Below are positions 9,154 to 17,665 of a stretch of DNA of 49,081 nucleotides, in pieces. The notes beneath the pieces are model-generated. The model ran no database searches and was not told the origin of the DNA. It saw only the letters and a list, made by a program, of their open reading frames with translations. Position numbers and translations under genes: made by a program. The stretch's first letter is position 1, and each line of letters starts with the position of its first letter. The DNA comes from an uncultured Muribaculaceae bacterium (GTDB lineage Bacteria > Bacillota_I > Bacilli_A > RF39 > UBA660). The stretch lies in NCBI GenBank assembly GCA_964472425.1, contig CAYYLF010000003.1, positions 1 to 49,081 of the forward strand. The letters run 5' to 3'.

Positions 9154-10434
9154 ATGAAACTGACTGAAAAAGGCTACAAAAAGAGACTTGTAGATGATAA
9201 AGTAGGACGATACCTAGAAGTCTTTGGAGCAGTGTGCATCGAAGGACCCAAATGGTGTGGTAAAACGTGGACTGCCCTAAATCATTCTCAAAGCGTATCC
9301 TATATCACAGACGAAACTACCCAACGTCTCGCACTCATAGACCCCAAAAATATTTTTGAAGACGAAAAACCTCAACTGATTGATGAATGGCAAATCGTCC
9401 CCCCGATTTGGGATACTGTAAGACACGAATGTGACCGTGGTCACGAAAAAGGAAAGTTCATTCTGACGGGCTCCACCACACTCAAAAAAGATGAAGGAAA
9501 AAAGAAAGTACATCACTCAGGTGCCGGACGAATTGCGCGTCTCAAGATGCAAACCATGAGTCTATATGAGTCTGGAGATTCGACTGGCGAAATAAGTATT
9601 CGCGATATGTTAGAGCAAAAAGAAATACACAAAAGTACTGGAACAGTCGAATTGAAAACTCTAGCCGGCCTCATTGTGAGAGGTGGCTGGCCAGAAAGCA
9701 TAACTGCAAAAGCCGAAAACTACTCCCTGATTTCCAAATCCTACATCGATTCCATACTTAACATCGAAATCGAAGATGACGAAAAAGTCCGCGACAAAAA
9801 TAAAATGTTGATGTTATTAAAATCACTCGCTCGGAACGAATCGACAACCGTTAGCAACAAAACGATACTGAAAGATATCGAAGAAAACGAAACCGAAAAA
9901 GAAATCCTCGCCAGTCGTACCACTTTGCTCGATTACCTCGATTTTTTAGAAAGACTACACCTAATCGAAAACGAACCTGCCTACAGTGCTAACTATCGTT
10001 CACCTGAAAGGGTAGGTAAGGCATCCAAAAGACATCTTACAGACCCCTCTCTTGCCTGTGCCTGCCTCAATATGAATCGAGACAAATTGATGAAGGATTT
10101 GAACACATTCGGATTTCTTTTCGAAGCCTTAGTAGAAAGAGACCTTCGAATATATGTAGATTACCTAGACGGAAAACAATTCCATTTCCGAGACAACGTA
10201 AATGGACTTGAAGTTGACTCCATTCTAGAATTCGAAGACGGCGAATACGCAGCCATCGAAATAAAACTTGGCTACAACGAAGTCGATACGGCTATCGCAA
10301 ACCTTCTCGATTTTTACAAAGGAATGGTCAAAAAACCAATCTTCATGTGCGTAATCGTAGGTGTTTGTCCGAGTGCATATAAAGACCCTGAAACCGGGAT
10401 TTATGTAGTCCCCATCACCGCTTTAAAACCGTAG
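9154..10434 (+). CDS. AAA_14-type ATPase with C-terminal DUF4143 domain (paralog of 218..1486)
   Basis: GPKWCGKT, LIDEWQ, LTGS, HSGAGR, RGGWP, DPSLA, GFLFE, HFRD...EVD...IEIK. Confidence 0.9.
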   Translation: MKLTEKGYKKRLVDDKVGRYLEVFGAVCIEGPKWCGKTWTALNHSQSVSYITDETTQRLALIDPKNIFEDEKPQLIDEWQIVPPIWDTVRHECDRGHEKGKFILTGSTTLKKDEGKKKVHHSGAGRIARLKMQTMSLYESGDSTGEISIRDMLEQKEIHKSTGTVELKTLAGLIVRGGWPESITAKAENYSLISKSYIDSILNIEIEDDEKVRDKNKMLMLLKSLARNESTTVSNKTILKDIEENETEKEILASRTTLLDYLDFLERLHLIENEPAYSANYRSPERVGKASKRHLTDPSLACACLNMNRDKLMKDLNTFGFLFEALVERDLRIYVDYLDGKQFHFRDNVNGLEVDSILEFEDGEYAAIEIKLGYNEVDTAIANLLDFYKGMVKKPIFMCVIVGVCPSAYKDPETGIYVVPITALKP

Positions 10435-10499
10435 TGAACCACCAGTACGTTTAAATTACCTCTATAATGTGATATTATTCTTCTAGAAAGAGGGATATT

Positions 10500-11006
10500 A
10501 TGGACCAAATTAAAATAGGAAAATTCATAGCAGAACAAAGAAAAAGAGAAGGACTTACTCAAGAACAACTGGCCGACCAACTAGGCATAACCAAAAATGC
10601 CGTCTCGAAATGGGAGCGAGGACTCAGCCTCATGGACCTATCCTTACTAAAACCGCTCAGTAACATTTTGAACGTATCCGTAAACGAAATACTCTCCGGT
10701 GAAAAAATAGAAAAAGAACGAGCTCTAGAAAAGAGTGAAGAGACTATAATCGCTCTTTCCGAATTGATAGAACTTCGTACGATGAAGTATGGCATCATAG
10801 GAATGGCAGTCTTCTTCATGATATTGGTACTCATCTCGGTCTGTAAAGACGTCAACCCGGCTGCCCTCGTGAGTCTCATCTGTGCTTACAATGCCGTAAC
10901 CTTCATCACCCGCTATAACCTTAGAAAAGACAAAAGCGACCTCATCGCCGGTGTTCTATTCCTTCTTGCCGTCATGTGTAATACCATCTCCTTCATCGTT
11001 ACCTAA
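10500..11006 (+). CDS. XRE-family HTH regulator with C-terminal TM helices
   Basis: IGKFIAEQRK..GLTQEQLA..LGIT..AVSKWERG; three hydrophobic segments at the C-terminus. Confidence 0.88.
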   Translation: MDQIKIGKFIAEQRKREGLTQEQLADQLGITKNAVSKWERGLSLMDLSLLKPLSNILNVSVNEILSGEKIEKERALEKSEETIIALSELIELRTMKYGIIGMAVFFMILVLISVCKDVNPAALVSLICAYNAVTFITRYNLRKDKSDLIAGVLFLLAVMCNTISFIVT

Positions 11007-11098
11007 AACTACACAAACTTTTGTAATAGTTTTTTCACCTTCAAATTTGACAAACCGAGAAAAATATTCTATATTGGAAATGAAGAGGTGATAATCCC

Positions 11099-11872
11099 GT
11101 GGAAATTAAAAACTACAAAAAACTGAAAGGCAATCTATACGAAGTAATCCTCGACGATGGAAAAGCGTACAAACTGTACGATGACATAATCTTAAAATAC
11201 GAACTGCTACTAGACAAAAAAATCGAACCTAAAAAACTAGATAGAATACTTGAAGCCAATGCCGAGATAGATGCCTACTTCAAGGCCCTCAAATACATCG
11301 GTCTTCGCATGCGTTCCGAACTCGAAATACGCCGTTACCTAAATAAACACGAAATCCCCAAAAAGGCCATAAACTCTGCGATATATAAACTTAAAAATGA
11401 CGGCTACTTAAATCAATCCAAATATACTCAAGCCTACATAAACGACGCCCTAAACCTTAGCTTAAATGGCCCGCGCAAAATAAAAGACGACCTTCAAAAA
11501 CTCGGAATAGGGGAAGACTACATCGATGAATACTTGAGCACGATACCCTCACAAACGTGGCGCGATAGAATAGAAAAAATACTTGCCAAAAAATCCCGCA
11601 CGAACAAGGCCGGACTAGCCTTCTTCAAAAACAAATCCTATGGCGAACTCTCCATTCTCGGCTACGACGGCGAAGACATCAAAACGGTCCTAGATGACTG
11701 GAAACTCGACACATCCGAAGTCTTCGAGCAGGTTGCCAACAAAACCTACGAAAAACTGACGATGAAATACGATGGAACAGAACTGGAATTGCGATTCAAA
11801 TCTAAAATGTTCGCGAAAGGTTTCGAATCCGAAAAGATAAGCGATTACCTACGAAAAAGACGAGAAGAATAA
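11099..11872 (+). CDS. recX: RecX regulatory protein
   Basis: ALKYIGLRMRSELEIR.YL, L...GYLN...Y, GPRKIKDDL..LGI, C-terminal KGF repeat; Firmicutes-length RecX. Confidence 0.88.
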   Translation: MEIKNYKKLKGNLYEVILDDGKAYKLYDDIILKYELLLDKKIEPKKLDRILEANAEIDAYFKALKYIGLRMRSELEIRRYLNKHEIPKKAINSAIYKLKNDGYLNQSKYTQAYINDALNLSLNGPRKIKDDLQKLGIGEDYIDEYLSTIPSQTWRDRIEKILAKKSRTNKAGLAFFKNKSYGELSILGYDGEDIKTVLDDWKLDTSEVFEQVANKTYEKLTMKYDGTELELRFKSKMFAKGFESEKISDYLRKRREE

Positions 11873-11898
11873 ACTCGTCTTTTCTGTATTCAAAACGC

Positions 11899-11938
11899 AA
11901 GTGAACAATTTTAGGGAGTTTTCAAAAATTGTTCACTT
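11899..11938. repeat. Palindromic element TGAACAA-N20-TTGTTCA, copy 1
   Basis: Perfect 14-bp arms aagtgaacaatttt / aaaattgttcactt. Confidence 0.9.
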
Positions 11939-11945
11939 CGCACAA

Positions 11946-12350
11946 TTACTCATCCAATGAATTTATTGCCAAAAAATCTTTCAACTTCAAATGCTCTACG
12001 ATACTCGTCGAATAATCCAACTCGTCATTCGTAATAAGAATTTTCTTTGAAGTATTGTCCGATATGCTATTAAAAGCTCTAAACTCTCTTTCGTACGCCT
12101 TCTCCTCAACCACGCTATAGGCGACTTGAATATAATACTTCTTGTTATCTTTAAAAGCGACGAAACCTATCTCTCTCTCGTTATCGTTAAACACTGTCAC
12201 ATTGTATCCCATATACAACAACTCATTATATACGATATTTTCTAAATTGTGAGTTATGTCGTATCGATTATCTATTCTAAAAATAGAGTTAAATGCCACG
12301 TCCGCATCGTACACTTTGTAATAATATGCCAACTCTTTCTTTTGTCGCAC
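11946..12350 (-). pseudogene. C-terminal (DUF4143) remnant of an AAA_14/DUF4143 gene
   Basis: LENIVYNELLYMGY.V....REI(G)FVA.K....YYIQVAY...ERE..AF..I.DN..K.LIT matches the family C-terminus; ATPase domain absent; no convincing start or RBS; conserved EID reads EIG. Confidence 0.8.
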
Positions 12351-12377
12351 TAGAGTAAGGTTTAATCTTATCGATTA

Positions 12378-12458
12378 TATACTGAACAATTTTACAAACA
12401 TCAAAGAAATTGTTCAGTATAGTGAACAATTTCAGTAAAATGATAAGACTTGTTCACT
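12378..12458. repeat. Palindromic element TGAACAA-N20-TTGTTCA, copies 2 and 3 in tandem (40-bp period)
   Basis: TGAACAA at 12383 and 12423, TTGTTCA at 12410 and 12450; copy 2 has 15-bp perfect arms tatactgaacaattt/aaattgttcagtata. Confidence 0.9.
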
Positions 12459-12518
12459 CAATTATACTTTCATAAGCCCTATGGACCTTAAATATAGAAA
12501 CTAAGAAGATAGAACATA

Positions 12519-13449
12519 TTATCCGGGTTCTCGGATAATAGATTCTGGAAATTCGAGTATACTTTTCTTTATCTCGTTTATTTTTTCTAGGGATAACCCT
12601 GTGATGTCTATTATATCTTCTATTTCAAATTTTCTCATGAGCATCTTGCGAGCACTTGCTATTTTTTCTCTTTCTTGGCCCTCTGATAGACCTTCTTGTC
12701 GACCTTCCTCACGGCCTCTTTCTTCTCCTTCTTCCTCGCCGATGGCCTTCATCATGTCGTCGTGACTGTATATCAGGTATCTGTCCGCACTCTTCTCTAA
12801 GTTGTACGCCTTTTCTAATACTATTTTCATAATTTCACTTCCTTCGTATATTTCGTCTAATTCTTCGTGATTACTACTCGCGAATATGTACAACAAGTAC
12901 TCGAGCGAATCCTTCTTCTCTTTGATGGTATTATAATCCATTTTGAACAATTTATCTATGTCTATGTCTATAATGTTTGCCAAGTCCGTTCTAGGAAGTC
13001 GTAAGTCCTTTTCCATGATGGCCGAGCCGGCCTGCTCCGAACTGGTCATAAAGATTCAAACACACTTGATATACTCCTTTTATGTTTTGATAATCCGTCT
13101 TACTTCCATTTTCGGTTTGTCTCATGATGAGGTTACAGATATAGGAGGTATTCTTCTTTATTATGTACTTCCTGTTCGAACGATTGGCTTCTATGTTGAA
13201 GATATACTCGTCGCACTCGGCAATCAAGTCGACTTCTTCGTCTTTAATGCCGCTCGCCTTACTTATCTTTATGTCGAGAAGTCTGAAGTTTTTTTGAATC
13301 TTCTCGAGAATTACACCCGTCGCCTTATGTAGAATCAATTGGAGATAATCCCTCAAACTCTCGTCTCTCAACAGTTTAGTGACGAAGAAGTTGTGCAAAA
13401 ACTTCGCCTGTACGACTTTCTCATTTTCATTGTTCAACCTTATCACCAC
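12519..13449 (-). pseudogene. Frameshifted Rpn/PD-(D/E)XK nuclease-family (transposase-like) gene
   Basis: ORF 12991..13449 has D-L-I....NIEAN and QVCLN motifs; ORF 12519..13049 has the EEG-R-EEG repeats and IARKML...I..ITGLS tail; frames switch near 13020-13030. Confidence 0.8.
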
Positions 13450-13613
13450 CCTGCGACGTGGAAACTACATGAGTACCTTCACCATCTAAGCTCAGTATAA
13501 AACACGAGACGAAGAAAAGCCACAAAAAAGTACCAAAAATTTGACAAAAGTTCGTAAATTTTTGCAAACAAAAAGTGACTTCTACCAATCACTTTCCAAT
13601 TCCAAAATCATTC

Positions 13614-13997
13614 CTACTGAATAAACTTATTCTGACTGTTCGGTTGCTCCGGAATATCTACTGGCACGTCGTTGCGATTATGCTTCGTCATATCGACTCC
13701 GAACGGATTCGACTTCTGCTCTTGGGAAATAACTTGACTAGTCACGACATTCACCTGTTGAGCATTTGAAACAAAATTTTCCTGCGGAGCTGGATTCTTA
13801 AATTCGATATTCTTCTTATCGTCCAAAACGTTCATCAAGGACTCTTCTTCGACGAGAGTTGATGGATCGAAAATAGTCTTGACCTTCTTTTCTCTTTTCC
13901 TGTTCATCAAAAAAATGATTAGGAAATACACCAAAAAGATGGCAATAATACTAGACAACACGACTATAACAAAAAGCAATATTTGATTGATATCCAT
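13614..13997 (-). CDS. Hypothetical single-pass membrane protein
   Basis: ATG 13997 after AGGAGAG RBS; N-terminal TM followed by a basic stop-transfer stretch. Confidence 0.75.
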   Translation of the reverse strand: MDINQILLFVIVVLSSIIAIFLVYFLIIFLMNRKREKKVKTIFDPSTLVEEESLMNVLDDKKNIEFKNPAPQENFVSNAQQVNVVTSQVISQEQKSNPFGVDMTKHNRNDVPVDIPEQPNSQNKFIQ

Positions 13998-14065
13998 ATT
14001 ATATTCTCTCCTATCATAAACAAAATTATAACACATTCGAACCTAAAAAAAAACCACAATCGTGG

Positions 14066-15097
14066 TTAATTTGAAGATGAATTAGAATTCTGCTGACGAA
14101 CACTAGTCATCCAATTGTCCATATATCTCTCAATATCGCGTTCAATTTCTGTATCTACGACGTCGACTCCATATTTCTTGCGTAAATCTTGAATGACTGT
14201 AATTTGCAAAGTCGCATCGTCGGTCAATTTTTTAGTCGCAAGTGCGTCCTTGATTTCATCTTTTGCATCGACCAAAGACTTTTTATCTTTCTCTTCTTTG
14301 ACGTATACGACTTCGTATCCTGAGCTCGTCTTGACTGGAGTATTCGAAAACTCTCCGACTTTCAAAGCGTATACTTCCTTGTCGAAGTCATCGCTCCCGT
14401 AAGTACCCTTATTGATGAAACCTAAGCTTCCACCTTTCTCCTTGGTCGCCTCGTCATCCGACAGCTCTTTCGCCAAATCTTCGAAAGATTCTCCCTTTTT
14501 GAGTCTGGTGATGATATCCTTGGCCTTATCCAAAGCGGCATTCTCGGCTTCGGTTTTCTCCGTATCGGTCATCGTAGATTTGACCTCTGGAATGATTTGA
14601 ATGTGATACACATCCCGGTCTCCGACTATCTCATCTTTGTAATAGTCCTCGATTTCCTTATCTTTCAAATTGTCTTTGACATATTTCTCGATGGATTCCT
14701 GACGAAGATAACTCAATCGTGCTCTCTCCTCGAGTTCCTCTAGTGAAGAAATCCCCATCATCTGTTGCAAATAATTGATCAATTGAGATTCACTATAATT
14801 TCCGTCTTTGTCGTATCCGTAATACTGTTTTGCAGACTCGACGTAATTCTTCGCGTATTCCTTCGCATCGTCCAATTTGTCGCCGCTTTCTCCTTCGTAG
14901 ATTTTCTTATCTATCATATCCATCAAAGTAGAAAACGCAGTTCCTTTCATCTCGTTATATAAATCGTCGACGCTTATCATAGAACCATCTTCGAATTGCA
15001 CGACGGCCTGTTTACCATCTTCCAAAGTCGGAATAGTCTTTCCACATCCGGTGAGCATGGTTGCCATCAACACTGCTAAAATTATTTTTTTCTTCAT
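14066..15097 (-). CDS. prsA: PrsA-like parvulin foldase lipoprotein
   Basis: MKKKII...LTGC lipobox, HIQI, F.DLAKELS.D.ATKEKGGSLG, PVKT..GY; start at ATG 15097 after GGGAGG. Confidence 0.88.
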   Translation of the reverse strand: MKKKIILAVLMATMLTGCGKTIPTLEDGKQAVVQFEDGSMISVDDLYNEMKGTAFSTLMDMIDKKIYEGESGDKLDDAKEYAKNYVESAKQYYGYDKDGNYSESQLINYLQQMMGISSLEELEERARLSYLRQESIEKYVKDNLKDKEIEDYYKDEIVGDRDVYHIQIIPEVKSTMTDTEKTEAENAALDKAKDIITRLKKGESFEDLAKELSDDEATKEKGGSLGFINKGTYGSDDFDKEVYALKVGEFSNTPVKTSSGYEVVYVKEEKDKKSLVDAKDEIKDALATKKLTDDATLQITVIQDLRKKYGVDVVDTEIERDIERYMDNWMTSVRQQNSNSSSN

Positions 15098-15158
15098 TAT
15101 TTCCTCCCTAACAATAAATATCATAACATTTTGAGAAATAAAAAACAAGTAAATGAGA

Positions 15159-15186
15159 ACATTTGGGTGATTTTTACCATACAATA
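15159..15186 (+). promoter_or_regulatory. Sigma-K-like sporulation promoter
   Basis: ACA (15159-15161), 16 bp, CATACAATA (15178-15186). Confidence 0.6.
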
Positions 15187-15215
15187 CTATGAAAAGATAA
15201 AAAGGAGGGGTAAAC

Positions 15216-15323
15216 ATGAATCAAGGATGCGGATATTCTAACAACTACAATGGCGTTACTGGTGCAGCATTTATCTTAGTTTTATTCATTTTATTGGTTA
15301 TCATAATCGGTGCAGTTCTTTAA
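15216..15323 (+). CDS. YjcZ/SscA-family small sporulation peptide (35 aa, below the ORF-track cutoff)
   Basis: MNQGCGYSNNYNGVTGAAFILVLFILLVIIIGAVL; strong AAAGGAGG RBS; FxLxxLFILLVII signature; adjacent to prsA. Confidence 0.85.
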   Translation: MNQGCGYSNNYNGVTGAAFILVLFILLVIIIGAVL

Positions 15324-15378
15324 TCGAGAACGAACACACGAAAAAACATTTATTCTTCTATCTAAAAGAAAAAGTTGC

Positions 15379-15552
15379 TTAGTCGTTAAGCAGCTTTTTT
15401 AAAGTTCTAATTTCTCTAGCACTCAAGAGCACAGTCGCACCGTTCAAAGTTACCTTTTGAAGGTTGACACCTTGTTTCTTCTTAGTCGCATTCAATGCGT
15501 GAGATCTTGCATTTGCAAAATTAGGTTTTTTTCTAGTTAATTTAGTTGCCAT
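15379..15552 (-). CDS. rpmB: 50S ribosomal protein L28 (57 aa, not in ORF track)
   Basis: Hand translation MATKLTRKKPNFANARSHALNATKKKQGVNLQKVTLNGATVLLSAREIRTLKKLLND with RSHA.N.TK and NLQKV motifs; AAGGAGG RBS. Confidence 0.92.
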   Translation of the reverse strand: MATKLTRKKPNFANARSHALNATKKKQGVNLQKVTLNGATVLLSAREIRTLKKLLND

Positions 15553-15623
15553 GATATTCCCTCCTTAAACGTAAATTGCCTCTCAATTATAGCATTTAAA
15601 AGGCTTTGTGTCAAATTTTTTGG

Positions 15624-16799
15624 CTAATTTTTGGGCGATTTTCTCACAAACTCGTGCTTTTTGCCCTCATTACCCATTCTGAGTCGTACATTCACGCTTT
15701 CTATGAGTGTTTCATAAAGCGCATAATAATCGCGAGACTCCTCTTTGCCATCCGCTTTATCCATGTATTCCGCCCAAGCGGTTTGAGCTTCGAGCAAAAT
15801 CTCGAGCCATCTATCGACAGCATATAAAAATTCCAATACATCCAAACTTTCGCTCAATCCCAAAGATTGCAAAAACTCGCCACTGCTCTGCCAATCGAGT
15901 AAAGTATCGTACTTGCCGTTCGCACATTTCTCGATGACGGACATATATTCGCGAATGAATTCGATAAAGTCTGCCGCAAATCGCATCTGCACGGTACAAA
16001 AATCTTGCTCTCTCAAATTATCGAGTTCATCTCTCACAGCCTTCAATTCTTTATTTAATTCTTCGACACTTGCCGGCGACTTGTCGCGACTCACTATGCT
16101 CTCGGCCGCCGCCTGTAACCTATATAAAACGTGCGACAACTCATGGTGACTGACCGGTACGGGGTCATTCTCATGATACGCGACTCGCTTTTCGTTCAAT
16201 CTACACATAAAACCATTCGCGACATTCGAAAATGGCGACATAGTCTGCTCGTATCTATACGATTTTAACTCCTCCCGAGCCTTCACAAGCGACGAGACAC
16301 TCACCTCGTCGAGTGAAATACCTACGAATTCGAGAGCCTTCAAAATCCTACAAACCGTCGAGCTTTCGTACGTCTTTGAAGAATGAGCACAACTCTCAGA
16401 AATGTACTCTTTCGCTCTACTCACAAGTACATCCATTTCTTCATCACTCAACGCACATTTCCGTTTTCCGTTCAAGCCTATTCCGCCCCGATACTCCAAA
16501 CAAAACTTTTCGGCATACTCATCATTCTCAAAGAGAAAACGCCCTACGTCGAACCTTTGAACTTTAACTATGTGCGACCCATCCATCTCGGCCGTATAAC
16601 CTAAAGGCTCCCAATTCACACGAAAATCTTTGATATCGGCTGGAACAGTATAGAATCCCGCTGTCAAACCTAGCCCAGGATAAAAATCTTCGAAAAATTT
16701 GAGCAATGACTGCTCGCGAGCAACCACCCCTTGTTCGTGTTCTTTCATATCCACCTGTGACCCACTTCCTTTCTTATATATTTTAAATTTGATTTTCAA
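15624..16799 (-). CDS. Hypothetical protein
   Basis: 391-aa ORF with no recognised motif; true start may be the internal Met (MKEHEQ). Confidence 0.7.
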   Translation of the reverse strand: MKIKFKIYKKGSGSQVDMKEHEQGVVAREQSLLKFFEDFYPGLGLTAGFYTVPADIKDFRVNWEPLGYTAEMDGSHIVKVQRFDVGRFLFENDEYAEKFCLEYRGGIGLNGKRKCALSDEEMDVLVSRAKEYISESCAHSSKTYESSTVCRILKALEFVGISLDEVSVSSLVKAREELKSYRYEQTMSPFSNVANGFMCRLNEKRVAYHENDPVPVSHHELSHVLYRLQAAAESIVSRDKSPASVEELNKELKAVRDELDNLREQDFCTVQMRFAADFIEFIREYMSVIEKCANGKYDTLLDWQSSGEFLQSLGLSESLDVLEFLYAVDRWLEILLEAQTAWAEYMDKADGKEESRDYYALYETLIESVNVRLRMGNEGKKHEFVRKSPKN

Positions 16800-16817
16800 T
16801 CTTTACCAGAAGAATAA

Positions 16818-17405
16818 TCAAATACCTTTCTTATAATATGCAGGCACCTTCGTATGGAGCCACTTCCCGATTCTAAGAGGGGGCGAATCGTCGAAGTCTC
16901 CAGTCAAAATCTGAGACTCCAATCCTTCTTCGCTTATCAACAATTTATCTAGATTCGATTCGAAGCCGAAATAACCGAGAGTTTTCAACAAAATTTCCAA
17001 GTTGACCAAAAAACTGCGATGAAAATACTCGACCCCGTCAAAATACCTTATAGAAATCGAGTTGACGCCGCTCAAAACATCAGCTAAAGTAATAATTCGA
17101 CCTTTCTGTGTTCTCAATCGCGCATCGACGACGTATCCTAAATCGATATCCAAACCGAAAGAATTCGCGTCGCCTCGAACGGCAGTTTTTTCCTCTAAGT
17201 CTAGAATGAAATCCAATGCCTCGCTCGTTGCCACTCTCTTCATGATTTCTTCTCGACTATAATCGATACAAGAAAAGATGTTCGCAGGCACACGCGCATT
17301 TTCATCCCCACCCATCGTAAGAAACGGTATATAAATCACGTAAGTACGTCTCTCGATTGACTTTTCCAAAAACTTCTTTTCACATTTTTTATCTAAATTT
17401 CCCAT
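16818..17405 (-). CDS. Hypothetical protein
   Basis: 195-aa ORF with AGGAGG RBS; no recognised motif. Confidence 0.75.
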   Translation of the reverse strand: MGNLDKKCEKKFLEKSIERRTYVIYIPFLTMGGDENARVPANIFSCIDYSREEIMKRVATSEALDFILDLEEKTAVRGDANSFGLDIDLGYVVDARLRTQKGRIITLADVLSGVNSISIRYFDGVEYFHRSFLVNLEILLKTLGYFGFESNLDKLLISEEGLESQILTGDFDDSPPLRIGKWLHTKVPAYYKKGI

Positions 17406-17665
17406 AAACCCTCCTAAGCACGTTTTCTATTCTACCATAGTGAGAATTTTTTTCAACCAAAACCCTCATCTTACCTTCAGCAAGCCCGATAAATACCAGG
17501 TGATAATAAAAATATATCGCGGTCGGTATAGTAATATTTCTTCATTTATTGTATAATTTGGATAGACGACATATCGACCTGGAAAAATTGAAAGACGGCA
17601 AGATATTTGCGGGCATTTTTTCGGCAAAACGATTAGAAATCCAGTCGACAAAAAAAAGGAGCATT

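Noticed and set aside
13020-13030. 11-bp match GGCCGAGCCGG shared with the terminator near 27395
   Set aside because: Too short and without flanking similarity; likely chance.
14066-15217. Extended N-termini in the ORF track (prsA 15217, dnaE 17549, AlbA_2 gene 34173, kinase 26085, gerQ 34658)
   Set aside because: Downstream ATGs have clear RBSs and family-typical N-termini.
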